NCBI GenBank assembly: GCA_963663275.1
Contig: OY760183.1
Location: forward strand, 320,001-384,000
Direction of reading: 5' to 3'
Origin: Chloroflexota bacterium
GTDB lineage: Bacteria > Chloroflexota > UBA11872 > VXOZ01
Length of the DNA: 64,000 nucleotides
Part shown: piece after piece, positions 1-10,207 of the stretch
Numbering within the stretch: the first letter of the stretch is position 1
How the letters are laid out: each line of letters starts with the position of its first letter
Made by a program: the position numbers and the translations under genes
Notes under the pieces: generated by a model
Told to the model about the DNA's origin: nothing
What the model saw: the letters and a program-made list of their open reading frames with translations, nothing else
Databases searched by the model: none

Positions 1-551
1 TCGCGCTGCCTACCCTGCGCAAGTGGGCGCGGCTGCTGACCGACACCAGGAACGCCAAGGGCTGGCCCACCGTCTTCAGCGGCGGCAGGTGTCTCTTTTC
101 CGGTCTGGTCTCGGTCTACGAGGGCATCATGCACGAAGGCAGCGACGGCACGGCCCTGCGGGGTATGTACGCCGGTTTTCTGGAAGAAGCCGCCCTCATT
201 CTCGGCTCTTCCGCGCTCGGCGAGGCCGCGCACGAGTACCGCGCCCTGGGCGACAAGTGGCGGGCGCTGGCGGAGACGGCGCTGGACCCGGCGGTTGCGC
301 CGCTTGCCGCCGCCCGCGCGCTGCTCGACGAACGGGAAGCGGCCATCAAGGCCGGCGGCGACGACCAGGCGGACAAGATCGTGGGTCTCGGCAAGGAATT
401 CGAAGCGATGCGCCCGGCCGCGGACGCCGCCTTTCCCCGCGACCAGGCGTGGATCGACGACCTCTTCGCCCGCATGCAGGCGCAACTCAGCGACATCTAC
501 GCCCACGAAACGGCGGCCCTGGCCCTGCTCCCCCCAGCGCTCCCCGACTGA
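1..551 (+). CDS. 5'-truncated protein, probable BtrH/DUF4872-type C-terminal region
   Basis: Frame open from window start (ALPTLRKWARLLTDTRNAKGWPTVF...GTALRGMYAGFLEEAA); G..R.MY..FL.EAA pattern recalls DUF4872. Confidence 0.55.
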   Translation, partial: ALPTLRKWARLLTDTRNAKGWPTVFSGGRCLFSGLVSVYEGIMHEGSDGTALRGMYAGFLEEAALILGSSALGEAAHEYRALGDKWRALAETALDPAVAPLAAARALLDEREAAIKAGGDDQADKIVGLGKEFEAMRPAADAAFPRDQAWIDDLFARMQAQLSDIYAHETAALALLPPALPD

Positions 552-576
552 CGCCGCCTTTCCCCGGATTTGTCAT

Positions 577-1082
577 CCGGTAGCGCAGGTTTGTAACCTG
601 CGCACGCCGTCGGCCCTGCCGCAATTCCGCTCCACCCGGCGGGGGACAAGCCCCCGCGCTACGGCTGTGCGACACCATCAGGGGCACACACCGCCTGACT
701 CCACCCATACCCAGAACCGTCATCCGGTAGCGCAGGTTTGTAACCTGCGTCCGCCGCCCGGTAGGGGCGACCCTTGTGGTCGCCCAGGCAGAAGGGATTG
801 CCCTCGTGGACGCCTGGACCGGCCACACCCAAATCGGGTTTCCAAGGGGGACCGCCAAAGGCTAGTCGCCGTTGGGCAACCGCCAACGCCTAACCGCCGC
901 AGGGCAACCGCCAATGCCTAACCGCCACTGGGCAGCCGCCAACGCCCAATCGCCGCAGGGCAACCACAAGGGTTGCCCCTACGGGGTGTGTGCATTGCGG
1001 ACCGTACGTGGGAAGATTCCCCTCACCCTAACCCTCTCCCGCCGGGAGAGGGAACTTAGACCCACTCATTGGGAGAGGGAAT
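577..1082. repeat. Intergenic cluster of REP-like palindromes, including REPIN 761-982
   Basis: CCGGTAGCGCAGGTTTGTAACCTGCG x2; GCGGGGGACAAGCCCCCGCGCTAC; GTAGGGGCGACCCTTGTGGTCGCCC...GGGCAACCACAAGGGTTGCCCCTAC with internal 28-bp tandem units; CCCTCACCCTAACCCTCTCCC hairpin. Confidence 0.85.
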
Positions 1083-1131
1083 TCTGCCTTTACCAGCGGG
1101 AGGGGAAATGCTACCGCTTGGCTTTCGTTCC

Positions 1132-2112
1132 CTAGCACGGCGCGGGCACGCCCAATTGCTGTCCCAGTTCCCGCAGGGCTGTGGCGTGTTTCGGGCCCAC
1201 GGGCACGCCTTCCGTGCGCCAGAGACGCTCGCGTTTCGCCTCCATGCCGCCACCCACTTCCACGTCCGTTTGATTCGTAATCGGCGCGAGTTGGCGCACC
1301 TGGCGGATGTAGTCGTCCACCTCGCGTTTGAACTCATCCGGATCCAGGTAGCGGCTGACGTCGTGGGCGGTCATGAACGCGCCCTGGTTGGCGCCGGGCC
1401 ACTCGCGCCGGGCGCGGTCGGGATGGGAGGGCACGCCGCAGAGGAAACCGCCCAGTATCTGGCAGAACGAGCCCAGGCCGATGCTGCGGTAGGCGGCGCT
1501 GGGCCCCAGCATTTCCAGCGCCTTCACGTGCGGTTCGCCGTCGTAGAGGTCGTGAATCGCGCCAAAGTCAACCACGACCGGCGGCTCTTCTCCGGCGGGA
1601 GCGGCAAAGCTCATGGGCGAGCCGCCGGCCGCGTGGCGGTGGGGCGCGCCGGGCCGCATGTGCAGTTGCGCGCCCGAGGTCACGTACGCCACCAGACCGG
1701 CGCCCACGATCACCCGCGACCAGAGGCCGGCCGCGCCAAAGTGCCCGTGGTTGCGCGTAATCACGTTGGCCACGCCGTGCTCCTTCGCCTTCGCCACTGC
1801 CAGCGTGGCCGCGGCATACGAGGGAAAGTAGCCCAGGCCGCCGTCGCCGTCCACCACCGCCGTCACCGCGCTCTCGTTCACCACCCGCACGTCGGGCGCG
1901 ACGTTCAGTTCGCGCTTCTGAAAATGGCCCACGTACGCCACCGTCTGGCGCGTGCCGTGGCTGAAGACGCCGCGCAGGTCGTTGGCCGTGAGCCAGCCGG
2001 CCATTTGCCCGGCGTGCTCGGCGGACATGCCGACCGCTAGGAAGCAGTCCTTCACAAACACTTCCAGCAATGGGGATTGGACGCGAACGAAGGTCTCAGG
2101 CGGGGTGTTCAT
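1132..2112 (-). CDS. LDH2/MDH2-family (malate/L-lactate/ureidoglycolate) dehydrogenase
   Basis: DLRGVFSHG, VVDGDGGLG, RNHGHFGAAG motifs; ATG at 2112 preceded by GAGGAG. Confidence 0.9.
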   Translation of the reverse strand: MNTPPETFVRVQSPLLEVFVKDCFLAVGMSAEHAGQMAGWLTANDLRGVFSHGTRQTVAYVGHFQKRELNVAPDVRVVNESAVTAVVDGDGGLGYFPSYAAATLAVAKAKEHGVANVITRNHGHFGAAGLWSRVIVGAGLVAYVTSGAQLHMRPGAPHRHAAGGSPMSFAAPAGEEPPVVVDFGAIHDLYDGEPHVKALEMLGPSAAYRSIGLGSFCQILGGFLCGVPSHPDRARREWPGANQGAFMTAHDVSRYLDPDEFKREVDDYIRQVRQLAPITNQTDVEVGGGMEAKRERLWRTEGVPVGPKHATALRELGQQLGVPAPC

Positions 2113-2289
2113 GGTTTGCTCCTCTACTCGACTTTCTGAGAATTGCGCCGCTTGCCGCCGGGCGGCGCGGCTCGGTGGGTCGTAGTCCCGGCGCGTGTTC
2201 AATCCCGCCGCTCCCGGCGGGTTGCCGCTATTCTACCCCCTTCCCGCGCCTGCGGGATACGAAGGCTGATAAGGGGGGGGGGGTGCGCC

Positions 2290-3180
2290 TCAATCCCAGC
2301 GGCCCGTGTGGGGCAGCGGCCTGGTCAGCGCCAGGAGCGGGCGGGCAAGGGCGGGCGGCGGGGGCGTCCCTTCCGCCGCGCGGCGCGCGCGTTCCGCGTG
2401 CCATAGCTCGGTGTAGAGCACGTAGACGGCGGGGATGAGCAACGGACGCACAAGCTGGATGGCGGCCCACGCCAGGTCCGGCAGAATGAGCAGGAACGTC
2501 TCCCGCGGCCCGTCCGGCAGCGCCAGCAGCAGCCCGCCGCACACCGCGCCGAACGGCAGCGCCACCGGCGCGGCGGAGAGCACCAGGGTGCCCAGGCAGA
2601 GCCGGAAGGAACGACCGCTCAGCCGCCAGGATTCAATTGCGGCCAGCGTGCCCGGCAGGTCGCCGTGCACGGCCAGAAAGGGCGCCAGCAGGGTGCGGGT
2701 ATGCACGGCCAGCGCGACGCCGCCGATGACGAGCCACCAGAGGCCGTTCATGAGCGTCTGCCCGGTTTCCCCCAGCGGCGCGGCCTCCGCCTGCGCCGCG
2801 CGCAGCCACACGAGCAGGGTGACCGGCAGCCAGAAGATCAGGCTGGTATGCGCGTTCGTCCACAGGTAGCGGCACACCCAGCGCAGCCCCAGCCAGGTGG
2901 CGCGCGGGACGCCGACGGCGCGCTCCTGCGCGTGGTACGCCACCACCACCATCACCACCACCGCGCCCACCACCACGGTGAGCGACCGCAGCAGATAGAG
3001 CAGCGCGCTCTGCCATAGATTCGGCTGGGGCATCAGCACGGTCAGCGCGGCGACGATGAGCGCCGGCGGCGCGAATACCGCCGTGAGCAATCCATACACG
3101 CCCGGATGGCGTCGCACCCACCGCAAGCCGCGCCCAAAGCAGCGCGCCGCCGGCCGCCAATCGCCGACCAGTGCATCCAT
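2290..3180 (-). CDS. Hypothetical multi-pass membrane protein
   Basis: About 6 hydrophobic helices; AAIESWRL motif of GPDPase-membrane-like domains; start chosen at MDALVGDW. Confidence 0.65.
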   Translation of the reverse strand: MDALVGDWRPAARCFGRGLRWVRRHPGVYGLLTAVFAPPALIVAALTVLMPQPNLWQSALLYLLRSLTVVVGAVVVMVVVAYHAQERAVGVPRATWLGLRWVCRYLWTNAHTSLIFWLPVTLLVWLRAAQAEAAPLGETGQTLMNGLWWLVIGGVALAVHTRTLLAPFLAVHGDLPGTLAAIESWRLSGRSFRLCLGTLVLSAAPVALPFGAVCGGLLLALPDGPRETFLLILPDLAWAAIQLVRPLLIPAVYVLYTELWHAERARRAAEGTPPPPALARPLLALTRPLPHTGRWD

Positions 3181-3345
3181 CGCTCCGCTTGCCTCGCCTG
3201 TGAATTGAGCGCCTCTCGCTCCCCCGCTTAAGCCTATCACACGAAAAAGCGGCAGCAAGCGCGCATTTGGATTAGGATAGTATAACCACAGCGTGAACCG
3301 CCCAAGACCGCGTTTAGCCAACACCGGCAGGAAGGAACGGAACCA

Positions 3346-4521
3346 ATGGCAACGGCGACACAGCAAACATTACCTAACCGGCTGCTCCTCGGCCCAGGAC
3401 CGGCCAACGTGCATCCCCGCATCATGGAAGCGCTCCAGCAGCCCGTGCTGGGGCATCTGGACCCGGTCTTCCAGGAAATCCTGGTGGAAACCGCTGGACA
3501 GTTGCGCCGCCTCTTCGGCACGGAGAACGAACTCACCCTGGCCGTCACCGGCACCGGCTTCTCCGGCATGGAGTCGTGCCTGGCGAATCTCATCGAGCCG
3601 GGGGACACGATGCTGGTCGGCGTTAACGGCTTCTTCGGCACGCGCATGGCGGAATTCGCCCAGCGCTTCGGCGCGGAGGTGGTGGAAGTGACCGCGCCGT
3701 GGGGTGAACCGATTGCCGCCGCCGATGTTGACCGCGCGCTCAATGAGAATCCCGCGGTCAAGGTGGTCGGCATCGTGCACGGCGAGACCTCAACCGGCGT
3801 GCGCCAGCCGATCGAGGAGATCGCCAGCGCCGCCCACGCTCACGGCGCGCTGCTCCTCATGGACGCGGTGACCACCCTGGGCGGCCTGCCGGTGATGGTG
3901 GACGCCTGGGGCGTGGACGCCGCCTACAGCGCCAGCCAGAAGTGCGTGGGCACGATTTCGGGCCTGTCGCCGCTTACGTTCGGCCCCCGCGCCCGCGAAC
4001 GCCTGGCCCAACGCGGCGCGGCCCTGCCCACCTGGTACCACGATATCGAGGCGCTGCACCAGTACTGGTCGGCTCAGGGCTTCTACCACCATACCTGCTC
4101 CAGCACCCTGGTCTACGGCCTGAAAGCGGCGCTGGACCTGATGGATGAGGAAGGCGTGGAAAACCGCTTCGCCCGCCACCAGCGGTGCGGCGACGCGCTG
4201 AAGGCCGGTCTGGAGGCGATGGGCCTCTCGCTGGTGGCGGCCGCGGGACACCGCCTGCCGATGCTGACGACGGTGCGCATTCCCGACGGCGCTGAAGACC
4301 TGGCCGTGCGCGAGGCCCTCCTGGCCGAGCACGGCATCGAAATCGCCGGCGGCCTGGGGCCGCTGATGGGCCAGATCTGGCGCGTCGGCCTGATGGGCTA
4401 CGCGGCAAGGCCGGAAAACGTGCGCACGTTCCTGGATGCGTTCGCGGCTGTCCTCACCGCCCAGGGCTGCGCGGTGGACACAGACGCCGGTAGGAGTGCT
4501 GCCGAGAAGCGCTTGGGCTGA
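3346..4521 (+). CDS. Alanine-glyoxylate/serine-pyruvate aminotransferase (class V PLP enzyme)
   Basis: LLGPGP, VHGETSTG, DAVTTLGG, SASQK (PLP Lys), WRVGLMG. Confidence 0.95.
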   Translation: MATATQQTLPNRLLLGPGPANVHPRIMEALQQPVLGHLDPVFQEILVETAGQLRRLFGTENELTLAVTGTGFSGMESCLANLIEPGDTMLVGVNGFFGTRMAEFAQRFGAEVVEVTAPWGEPIAAADVDRALNENPAVKVVGIVHGETSTGVRQPIEEIASAAHAHGALLLMDAVTTLGGLPVMVDAWGVDAAYSASQKCVGTISGLSPLTFGPRARERLAQRGAALPTWYHDIEALHQYWSAQGFYHHTCSSTLVYGLKAALDLMDEEGVENRFARHQRCGDALKAGLEAMGLSLVAAAGHRLPMLTTVRIPDGAEDLAVREALLAEHGIEIAGGLGPLMGQIWRVGLMGYAARPENVRTFLDAFAAVLTAQGCAVDTDAGRSAAEKRLG

Positions 4522-4568
4522 CGACTGAACCCATCTACGTTCGGCAAGAGTTGCACGCCCGCCGCCCT

Positions 4569-4718
4569 GTAGGGGCGACCCTTGTGGTCGCCCTGGTGGC
4601 GGAAATTACCCTCGCCGTCGCTTGGGCAGGCCACGCCCAACGTGGATTCCAGGGACTCCGCCGTTGGGCAAACACTACAGGGCAACCGCCGCAGGGCAAC
4701 CACAAGGGTTGCCCCTAC
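4569..4718. repeat. REPIN (inverted GTAG-REP pair)
   Basis: Same inverted pair as 761-982. Confidence 0.85.
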
Positions 4719-4755
4719 GGGGGATGGTGTCCTCTTTCCACCGGTCCGGTGTTGT

Positions 4756-5004
4756 CTATGCGTACACCGCCACCAGGACGGCGTCGTTGGGGTTTTGCAG
4801 GTCATTGAAGACCACGATGCAGTCTCTTCCGGCCGTGACGGCGGTGGCGTCCAGGCCGCGATTCACGGCGATGCCGGTGAGAAAGGTGGAAAACGAGCCG
4901 CTGAACTCCACGTCCGCCTGCCACGTCTTCGCGTCGAATGCCTTGACGACGCCGCTCAAGGCGACGCCGGGCGTGATGCCTCTCGTGTCATCTCGTTCCG
5001 CCAT
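4756..5004 (-). CDS. Small OB-fold baseplate spike-like protein (gpV/gp5 N-domain-like)
   Basis: GVVKAFDAKTWQADVEF...GRDCIVVF..NPNDAVLVAV resembles spike OB domains; GGAGG SD; follows the hub gene. Confidence 0.55.
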   Translation of the reverse strand: MAERDDTRGITPGVALSGVVKAFDAKTWQADVEFSGSFSTFLTGIAVNRGLDATAVTAGRDCIVVFNDLQNPNDAVLVAVYA

Positions 5005-5188
5005 GATTTCCTCCGTTACGGGTTAATGTGTGTGTGCCGCCGTCCGCCCCCGATGCGGCGCGTGCGTTCCCTTCGCAGGCGGGGGACAAGCCCCCGCGCT
5101 ACGATGGCGCGATTTGGGGCGTGTGGGCGGATCTTGGGGTCGTAGGGGCGGTTCGCGAACCGCCCCTACACGCGGTCGATCATTCGCC

Positions 5189-5285
5189 CACGCGCATGGC
5201 CAAATTCTCGCGCACGCGCATGGCCAATCATCTGCGCACGCGCATGGCCAATCATCTGCGCACACGCATGGCTGAATTCTCTGTA
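5189..5285. repeat. 24-bp tandem repeat x4
   Basis: CACGCGCATGGCCAATCATCTGCG units. Confidence 0.85.
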
Positions 5286-5303
5286 CGCGCGCATCGCGCC
5301 CGG

Positions 5304-7268
5304 CTACGCCTCCAAGGCGCCGCAGGCCAGGGTCATCGTGTATTCCGCGTCGTGGGGCGTGTAGCGGTGGCTGATGCGCATAACGCGCAGTTTGCCGTGG
5401 GCGAAGCCGGTGGTTTGAAAATCGACCACGTCGCCCACCTGGAGCGCCGGATTATAGGGCACGTCCACCGTATAGGTCTCGCCGGCGCGGCGGAAGCCGT
5501 CCAGCACGGCCGCGGCGCGCTTCTGGCAGTCCGCCGCCTGGGTCAGTTGGGTATCGGTCACCAGCGCCGTCCGTTCGCCGCCCTGGGCGCGCAGCGCCGC
5601 CCAATCCCAGGCCTCGCCCAGCGCGCCCGTGCCCTGCACCAGCACGTGGTTGATCCGGTCACGCTCCTGCCAAGCGCCGGCGAACTCCAGGCCCGTGTAC
5701 GTCCACGCCGCCGCGTCGGACTTGCCGGGAAACCAACAGCGCACCGCGCCGTCCGGTTCCACCCGCCACCAGAGACCGTCCAGCGCCGCCAGGCGGTCGA
5801 TCATCGTCTGCCAGGATTGGCCGGCGTGCAGGGCGAAAGCGGATAGAACGCGGCTGAAGCGGCTGTCGCTGTCGTCGGTCGCCCGCAGCGCGCCGGCGCG
5901 GTACCAGGCCTCGGCCAGCAGCGCGCGCAGGGTCTTGCCGCTGTGCGACCAGGTCTGCGCCGCCCGGCGGACCGCGTGTACGCTGGCGTCCGCGGCCTCC
6001 ACGCGCACCGTCTTATCGGGCAGCAGCGTAACGGCTTGCACCACCAGATCCGCCAGCGCGACGCGCTCGCTGCCGCCGCCGGTCACGTAGCCGCCGCTCA
6101 CGCCCAGGGTCGCCCCGGCGCGCAGCGTCTTGTCCAACCGGCCTTCCAGCGCGCCGTCGGCGTTATCCAGCAACAGGCGCGCGTTGCCCGTCTCGTTCGC
6201 CCGTTCCTCCCACTGGAAGTCCAGCGCGCGGGACGTAACGTCCTGGTACTGGTCCGCGTTTGTGGCCGCGTAGCCGCCGTAGGCGTGGGCGAATTCCTGG
6301 TTCACCAGCCAGTAGTGGGTCGCGTCTTGCCGCAGCCACCAGAAGCCGGTGTAGGATTCGTCCTCCACCGGCGTCGCCTCGCTGAACGTGCCCCAGGCGC
6401 GCGCCGTGCAGTAGCGCCAGCGGCCGAAATTGAGACCCGACACCGTGCCGTAGTCGCGCTCCAGGTAGCCGATCCGGAACGCCTGCTCCCAGTAGTCTAT
6501 TGTAGGATCCAGCAGGTCGCGCCGCGCCGCGCTGTCGTCCACGCGGGCAATCGGCGTCAGCGGCTCCCAGGTCGTGCCGTTGGTGCGGCAACCCACGATG
6601 GCGGTGCCGGTAGCCCCCGGCGCGCCGCCCCAGAGCGAGAGCGCCAGGTGCCAGGCCGTGCCGTCCCACACCGCGCCAATGCCGCCGCACGCCGAGTACG
6701 TGCCGTGGCTCCACTCGTCCGCCTGCCAACTGCCGCCGGATTCATGCAGCCGGTAGACCGTCACCCCGCCGCCGGTCTTATCCACGGCCAGGAAGATGCT
6801 GCCGTTGCCGCCGTAGCAGAGCGCGCGCACGAACTTCTTGGCGTTCCAGAGCGTCTCCGCGCTGCTCCAGGTGGCGCCGTTGTCGGCGCTGGTGCGGCGG
6901 TAGACGGTGGTGAGCCTGACGTAGACCACCGCCGCGTGGCCGTTGGGCAGCACGCCCGCCCCCACGCCCGCCGCGCCGGTGACGCCGGTCTGCAACGTCG
7001 TCCACGTAGTCCATTGGCTCGCCTGGGTGGCATCCGTAATGCGCTGATAGGCGATGCTGGCCGCAATCACGCCCCGGTCCGTGGAAATGTCCACCCGCCA
7101 CAGCGCGCCGCCGTTATCCACGAAGCAGGCGTTGGCGGCGGCGGCGCGCGCCGCGGAGCGATAGCGCGTGTAGCGGTGGGCGGCGTCGCGCAGGGTGAAC
7201 TGCATTGCCGGCCGGCGGGCCGCCGCGTCCACCGCCGCCGCCAGCGTTGTGGTCAAGGTGCGCGCCAT
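5304..7268 (-). CDS. Tail-tip/baseplate hub-like protein with N-terminal Asp-box beta-propeller
   Basis: SADNGATWS Asp-box; C-terminal VPYNPALQVGDVVDF..LRVMRISHRY..YTMTL typical of gp27/gpD/Tal hubs; start MARTLT after GGAGG. Confidence 0.7.
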   Translation of the reverse strand: MARTLTTTLAAAVDAAARRPAMQFTLRDAAHRYTRYRSAARAAAANACFVDNGGALWRVDISTDRGVIAASIAYQRITDATQASQWTTWTTLQTGVTGAAGVGAGVLPNGHAAVVYVRLTTVYRRTSADNGATWSSAETLWNAKKFVRALCYGGNGSIFLAVDKTGGGVTVYRLHESGGSWQADEWSHGTYSACGGIGAVWDGTAWHLALSLWGGAPGATGTAIVGCRTNGTTWEPLTPIARVDDSAARRDLLDPTIDYWEQAFRIGYLERDYGTVSGLNFGRWRYCTARAWGTFSEATPVEDESYTGFWWLRQDATHYWLVNQEFAHAYGGYAATNADQYQDVTSRALDFQWEERANETGNARLLLDNADGALEGRLDKTLRAGATLGVSGGYVTGGGSERVALADLVVQAVTLLPDKTVRVEAADASVHAVRRAAQTWSHSGKTLRALLAEAWYRAGALRATDDSDSRFSRVLSAFALHAGQSWQTMIDRLAALDGLWWRVEPDGAVRCWFPGKSDAAAWTYTGLEFAGAWQERDRINHVLVQGTGALGEAWDWAALRAQGGERTALVTDTQLTQAADCQKRAAAVLDGFRRAGETYTVDVPYNPALQVGDVVDFQTTGFAHGKLRVMRISHRYTPHDAEYTMTLACGALEA

Positions 7269-7270
7269 GC

Positions 7271-7708
7271 CTAGACCTCCCGCAATTCTACGCTCATCTC
7301 CCACTCCAACACCCACAACCGCTCCTTGCCGTACGGGATGATGCGCTCCGCGCACGCGGCGAAACGCACCGTGTGGCTGACGCCCAGCGGATCGACGAAG
7401 GTGTGGCTCTCGTTCGGCCGCTCGTAGAACGACCAGAGCCGGTCGCGCCACTGCCGCGCCGTGGTGGCGTTCGTGGCGCCGTCCGGATTGCGGACGTTCT
7501 GCCGGCAGAGCGCCACGAAGCCGAACTCGCGCTTACCCAGGCCGCTTTCCACGTACGCCGGCGCGCCGCCCGCGGTCAGGCGCGTGCGGGCGTGGCGCGG
7601 GCGGGTCATGGTGTACGTGCCGGGCTTGATGAAGAACCCCACCGCATCGCCGTCGTTCACGTTGGCGTTCGTCAGGGTTACGTTGCAGTCCACTCCAATG
7701 GTTGCCAT
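7271..7708 (-). CDS. Putative distal-tail/tube-like protein, paralog B
   Basis: Clear paralog of 8086-8493; ends 2 nt before the hub gene start; beta-rich, ends WEMSVELREV. Confidence 0.55.
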   Translation of the reverse strand: MATIGVDCNVTLTNANVNDGDAVGFFIKPGTYTMTRPRHARTRLTAGGAPAYVESGLGKREFGFVALCRQNVRNPDGATNATTARQWRDRLWSFYERPNESHTFVDPLGVSHTVRFAACAERIIPYGKERLWVLEWEMSVELREV

Positions 7709-7772
7709 GTGTCTCGTGCTCTCTCTCGTGTTGCTAGCCTTGCTGCGGCTCGTTGCCGGCCCTTGCGGCCGG

Positions 7773-8029
7773 AAGACCTTTGCATTGCCCCTTCACCATC
7801 GAGGGCTGACAGGGGTAGGCAAGTGTCATTCCGAGCGGAGCGTCGAACAGGGTTCGCGGAATCTAGAACCGACGTTTTTGCAGCGAAAGCCTTAGATTCC
7901 GCGCTCTTAGCGACTCTCCGCTGCGCTCCGCTCGGAATGACACGTGAAGTCGGATGTAGAATGCCTACCCCTGTCAGCCATCGAGGGGGAAGGCTGGGAT
8001 GGGGGTGAGAAGAATCTGTGAAAAGGCCT
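7773..8029. mobile_element. Nested MITE-like elements (outer (A/G)AGACCTTTGCA-type; inner GGCTGACAGGGGTA-type at 7804-7979)
   Basis: Inner TIR GGCTGACAGGGGTAGGCA/TGCCTACCCCTGTCAGCC flanked by ATCGAG duplication; outer right end degenerate. Confidence 0.7.
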
Positions 8030-8085
8030 CCGGATGCGGTAGGGGCACGACATGTCGTGCCCCTACCGGTGTGGGCGCCGCTGCG

Positions 8086-8493
8086 TCACGCCTCCACCAA
8101 CGTCACCGCGATCTCCCACTCCGGCGTCTCCCAGAATCCCGATGCCTCCGCCGCGCGCTCCTCCAGCGCCAGCGCGCGCACGCTGTGCGCGGCGTTCAGC
8201 CGGTCGGTGAAACTCAACGCCGCGGTCTTGGCGTAGGAAGCCCGCAGGTTGGCGCGGTAGGCGGCGGCGGTGGTGGTGTTCACCGTGCCGTCGTGGTTGA
8301 GGTGGTTGGTGTAGGCCAGCACGGTAAAGCGCCAGACCTGCTTGCCCGCGCCCAGATCCACCGCCGCCGGACCGGCGCTTGCGTCCGGATCGGCGGCCAT
8401 CACCTTGGGCACCTCCACGCGATAGGAACCAGGCTTCACGAAGTAGCCCTTTCCATCCAGGATTACCGAGCAATCGGTACCAACGGTTGGCAT
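8086..8493 (-). CDS. Putative distal-tail/tube-like protein, paralog A
   Basis: MPTVGTDCSVIL..YFVKPGSY vs MATIGVDCNVTL..FFIKPGTY; NHDGTVNTTTA vs NPDGATNATTA. Confidence 0.55.
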   Translation of the reverse strand: MPTVGTDCSVILDGKGYFVKPGSYRVEVPKVMAADPDASAGPAAVDLGAGKQVWRFTVLAYTNHLNHDGTVNTTTAAAYRANLRASYAKTAALSFTDRLNAAHSVRALALEERAAEASGFWETPEWEIAVTLVEA

Positions 8494-8500
8494 AGGTCTC

Positions 8501-8875
8501 TTACCTTATCGCTACGAGTTTGGCCACTATGCGGTTGGGCGCGCCGGTCAATCCCAGGCGCAGGCGCTCCCGCACCCGGTATTTGCGCGCGCCGGCCACC
8601 GCGCTGCTGTCCGGCGTGTCGGCAATCGCCACCACGTCGTCCAGGTCTACGTCCGGCGCGAACTCCGCCGTGACGTCCGCGCCCTGGCCGCCGGCGGCGT
8701 TGCCCCGGTCCGCTGCGCCCGCGGCGACGTTGCGCTCCTCTTTCCACGTGCACTCCGCCGCCGTATAGACCGTCTTGCCGCCGCTTGCGCTAATCAGCGT
8801 GACCGTGCGCAGCCGCCCCTGGCGAATCTCCTTGCGGTTTGCCGCCACCTGCGCGGCCTGCCTGCTATCCAGCAT
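8501..8875 (-). CDS. Putative head-closure (stopper) protein
   Basis: 124 aa beta-rich protein directly after the adaptor; call mostly positional. Confidence 0.45.
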   Translation of the reverse strand: MLDSRQAAQVAANRKEIRQGRLRTVTLISASGGKTVYTAAECTWKEERNVAAGAADRGNAAGGQGADVTAEFAPDVDLDDVVAIADTPDSSAVAGARKYRVRERLRLGLTGAPNRIVAKLVAIR

Positions 8876-9047
8876 CGTTCTCTGCCCCTGCCTTTCCTGC
8901 GTTGCTGTGTGACGTTTCTTCGATTTACCGGCCAGCGCCGTAGTCCGGTTAGGAAGAGACGGCATGGAGAACGCCGGAAACCGCCGCGGCCATGCGCACA
9001 GACCACCGGCGCACCGCCGTTCCCCCACAAACGCCCGTTCACCCCCC

Positions 9048-9505
9048 GTAGGGGCGGTTCGCGAACCGCCCCTACGCCGTTAGCGTATGTCTGAATCCCA
9101 CTCCGGTAACGCCGGTTTCAATCCCGCGCCGTTAGCGTAATTCTGAATCCCACGCCGGTAGCGTAGTTTTGAATGCCGCGCCTCCGGTAGCGTAGATTTG
9201 AATCCCACTCCGGTAGCGTAGGTTTGTAACCTGCGCTGCGCCGGCCGGCGGCGGGACGGCACACGCGAGTATCCGGCGGCGGGGGACAAGCCCCCGCGCT
9301 ACGTTAGGGCGACAGCGTTGGCGATTGCCCACGCCCCGACCGTGCCGCATCCAGCAGAGCCGGCTCGCTGTCGTTCCAAACGCAGCGCAACCGCCTCCTC
9401 CCTGTCATTCCGAACGTAGCGGAGCGAAGTGAGGAATCTAGAATCCCCCGACCATCAATCCTTCCTACGCGGGACTCTAGATTCCTCGCTCCACTCGGAA
9501 TGGCA
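9048..9505. repeat. Intergenic REP cluster with degenerate tandem units
   Basis: GTAGGGGCGGTTCGCGAACCGCCCCTAC; repeated GAATCCCACTCCGGTAGCGTAG; GTCATTCCGA...GGAAT hairpin. Confidence 0.8.
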
Positions 9506-9538
9506 ATCTGACAGCGCGTTACCTGAAACCTGCGCCAC

Positions 9539-10207
9539 TCAACGCCCCGCGTCGTTATCCTCCACCGTCCACGCCACGCTGCCCCGGGTCTGGTGCGCTC
9601 TTTCCTGCCGCAGGGCCGCAACCGCTTTCTCGAACGCCTCCCGCGCGTCCATGCCCTTGCGCCACCACGCCTCGCTCACCATGCTCGTATCCACGCCCGC
9701 GCCCTGCTGGCCGTCCTGGTAGCGGAAGTTATCGGACTTGGGGGTGGCGTAGGCCAGGCAGGCGAAAGCGTACGCGCCGGTGGTCAGCAAGCCGGTGTGG
9801 GCGTCCGGCAGCGTCCATTGGCTCTCGCTGGCGGCGTGTTTCGCGCCCCAGCGCACGCGCACCGGTTCCGCCGCGCCGGGCGCTTCCGGCACCAGCAGAA
9901 AGACGAACCCCGGCGCGCCGTTGCTCGTGGGCAGCGCCATGAACGTGCAAAGCTGCGGCGGATAACGCCCTGTGGGCCACTCCACCTCCTCCACGCTCCA
10001 CACGCCCGTGAGAGTGCTCAGGTCCACCAGGCGCGAGTCGGCGCTGGTGGTCAGGGTAGCGTCGCGCGTCCAGGGGGCGGCCCGGGAGAGTTCGGTCAGG
10101 GCGCGGTCGATGGCGTGATCCAGGTCCGCGTCGCTGAAGCGCGCCTCGGCCCCGGCCGGATCGAACAGTTCGCTGCGCAACGCGCCGCGAAATTCGCTCA
10201 GTGTCAT
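9539..10207 (-). CDS. Putative head-to-tail connector/adaptor
   Basis: MTLSEFRGALRSEL...FSDADLDHAIDRALTELSR helical pattern of neck adaptors; follows capsid gene; GGAAGGA SD. Confidence 0.65.
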   Translation of the reverse strand: MTLSEFRGALRSELFDPAGAEARFSDADLDHAIDRALTELSRAAPWTRDATLTTSADSRLVDLSTLTGVWSVEEVEWPTGRYPPQLCTFMALPTSNGAPGFVFLLVPEAPGAAEPVRVRWGAKHAASESQWTLPDAHTGLLTTGAYAFACLAYATPKSDNFRYQDGQQGAGVDTSMVSEAWWRKGMDAREAFEKAVAALRQERAHQTRGSVAWTVEDNDAGR

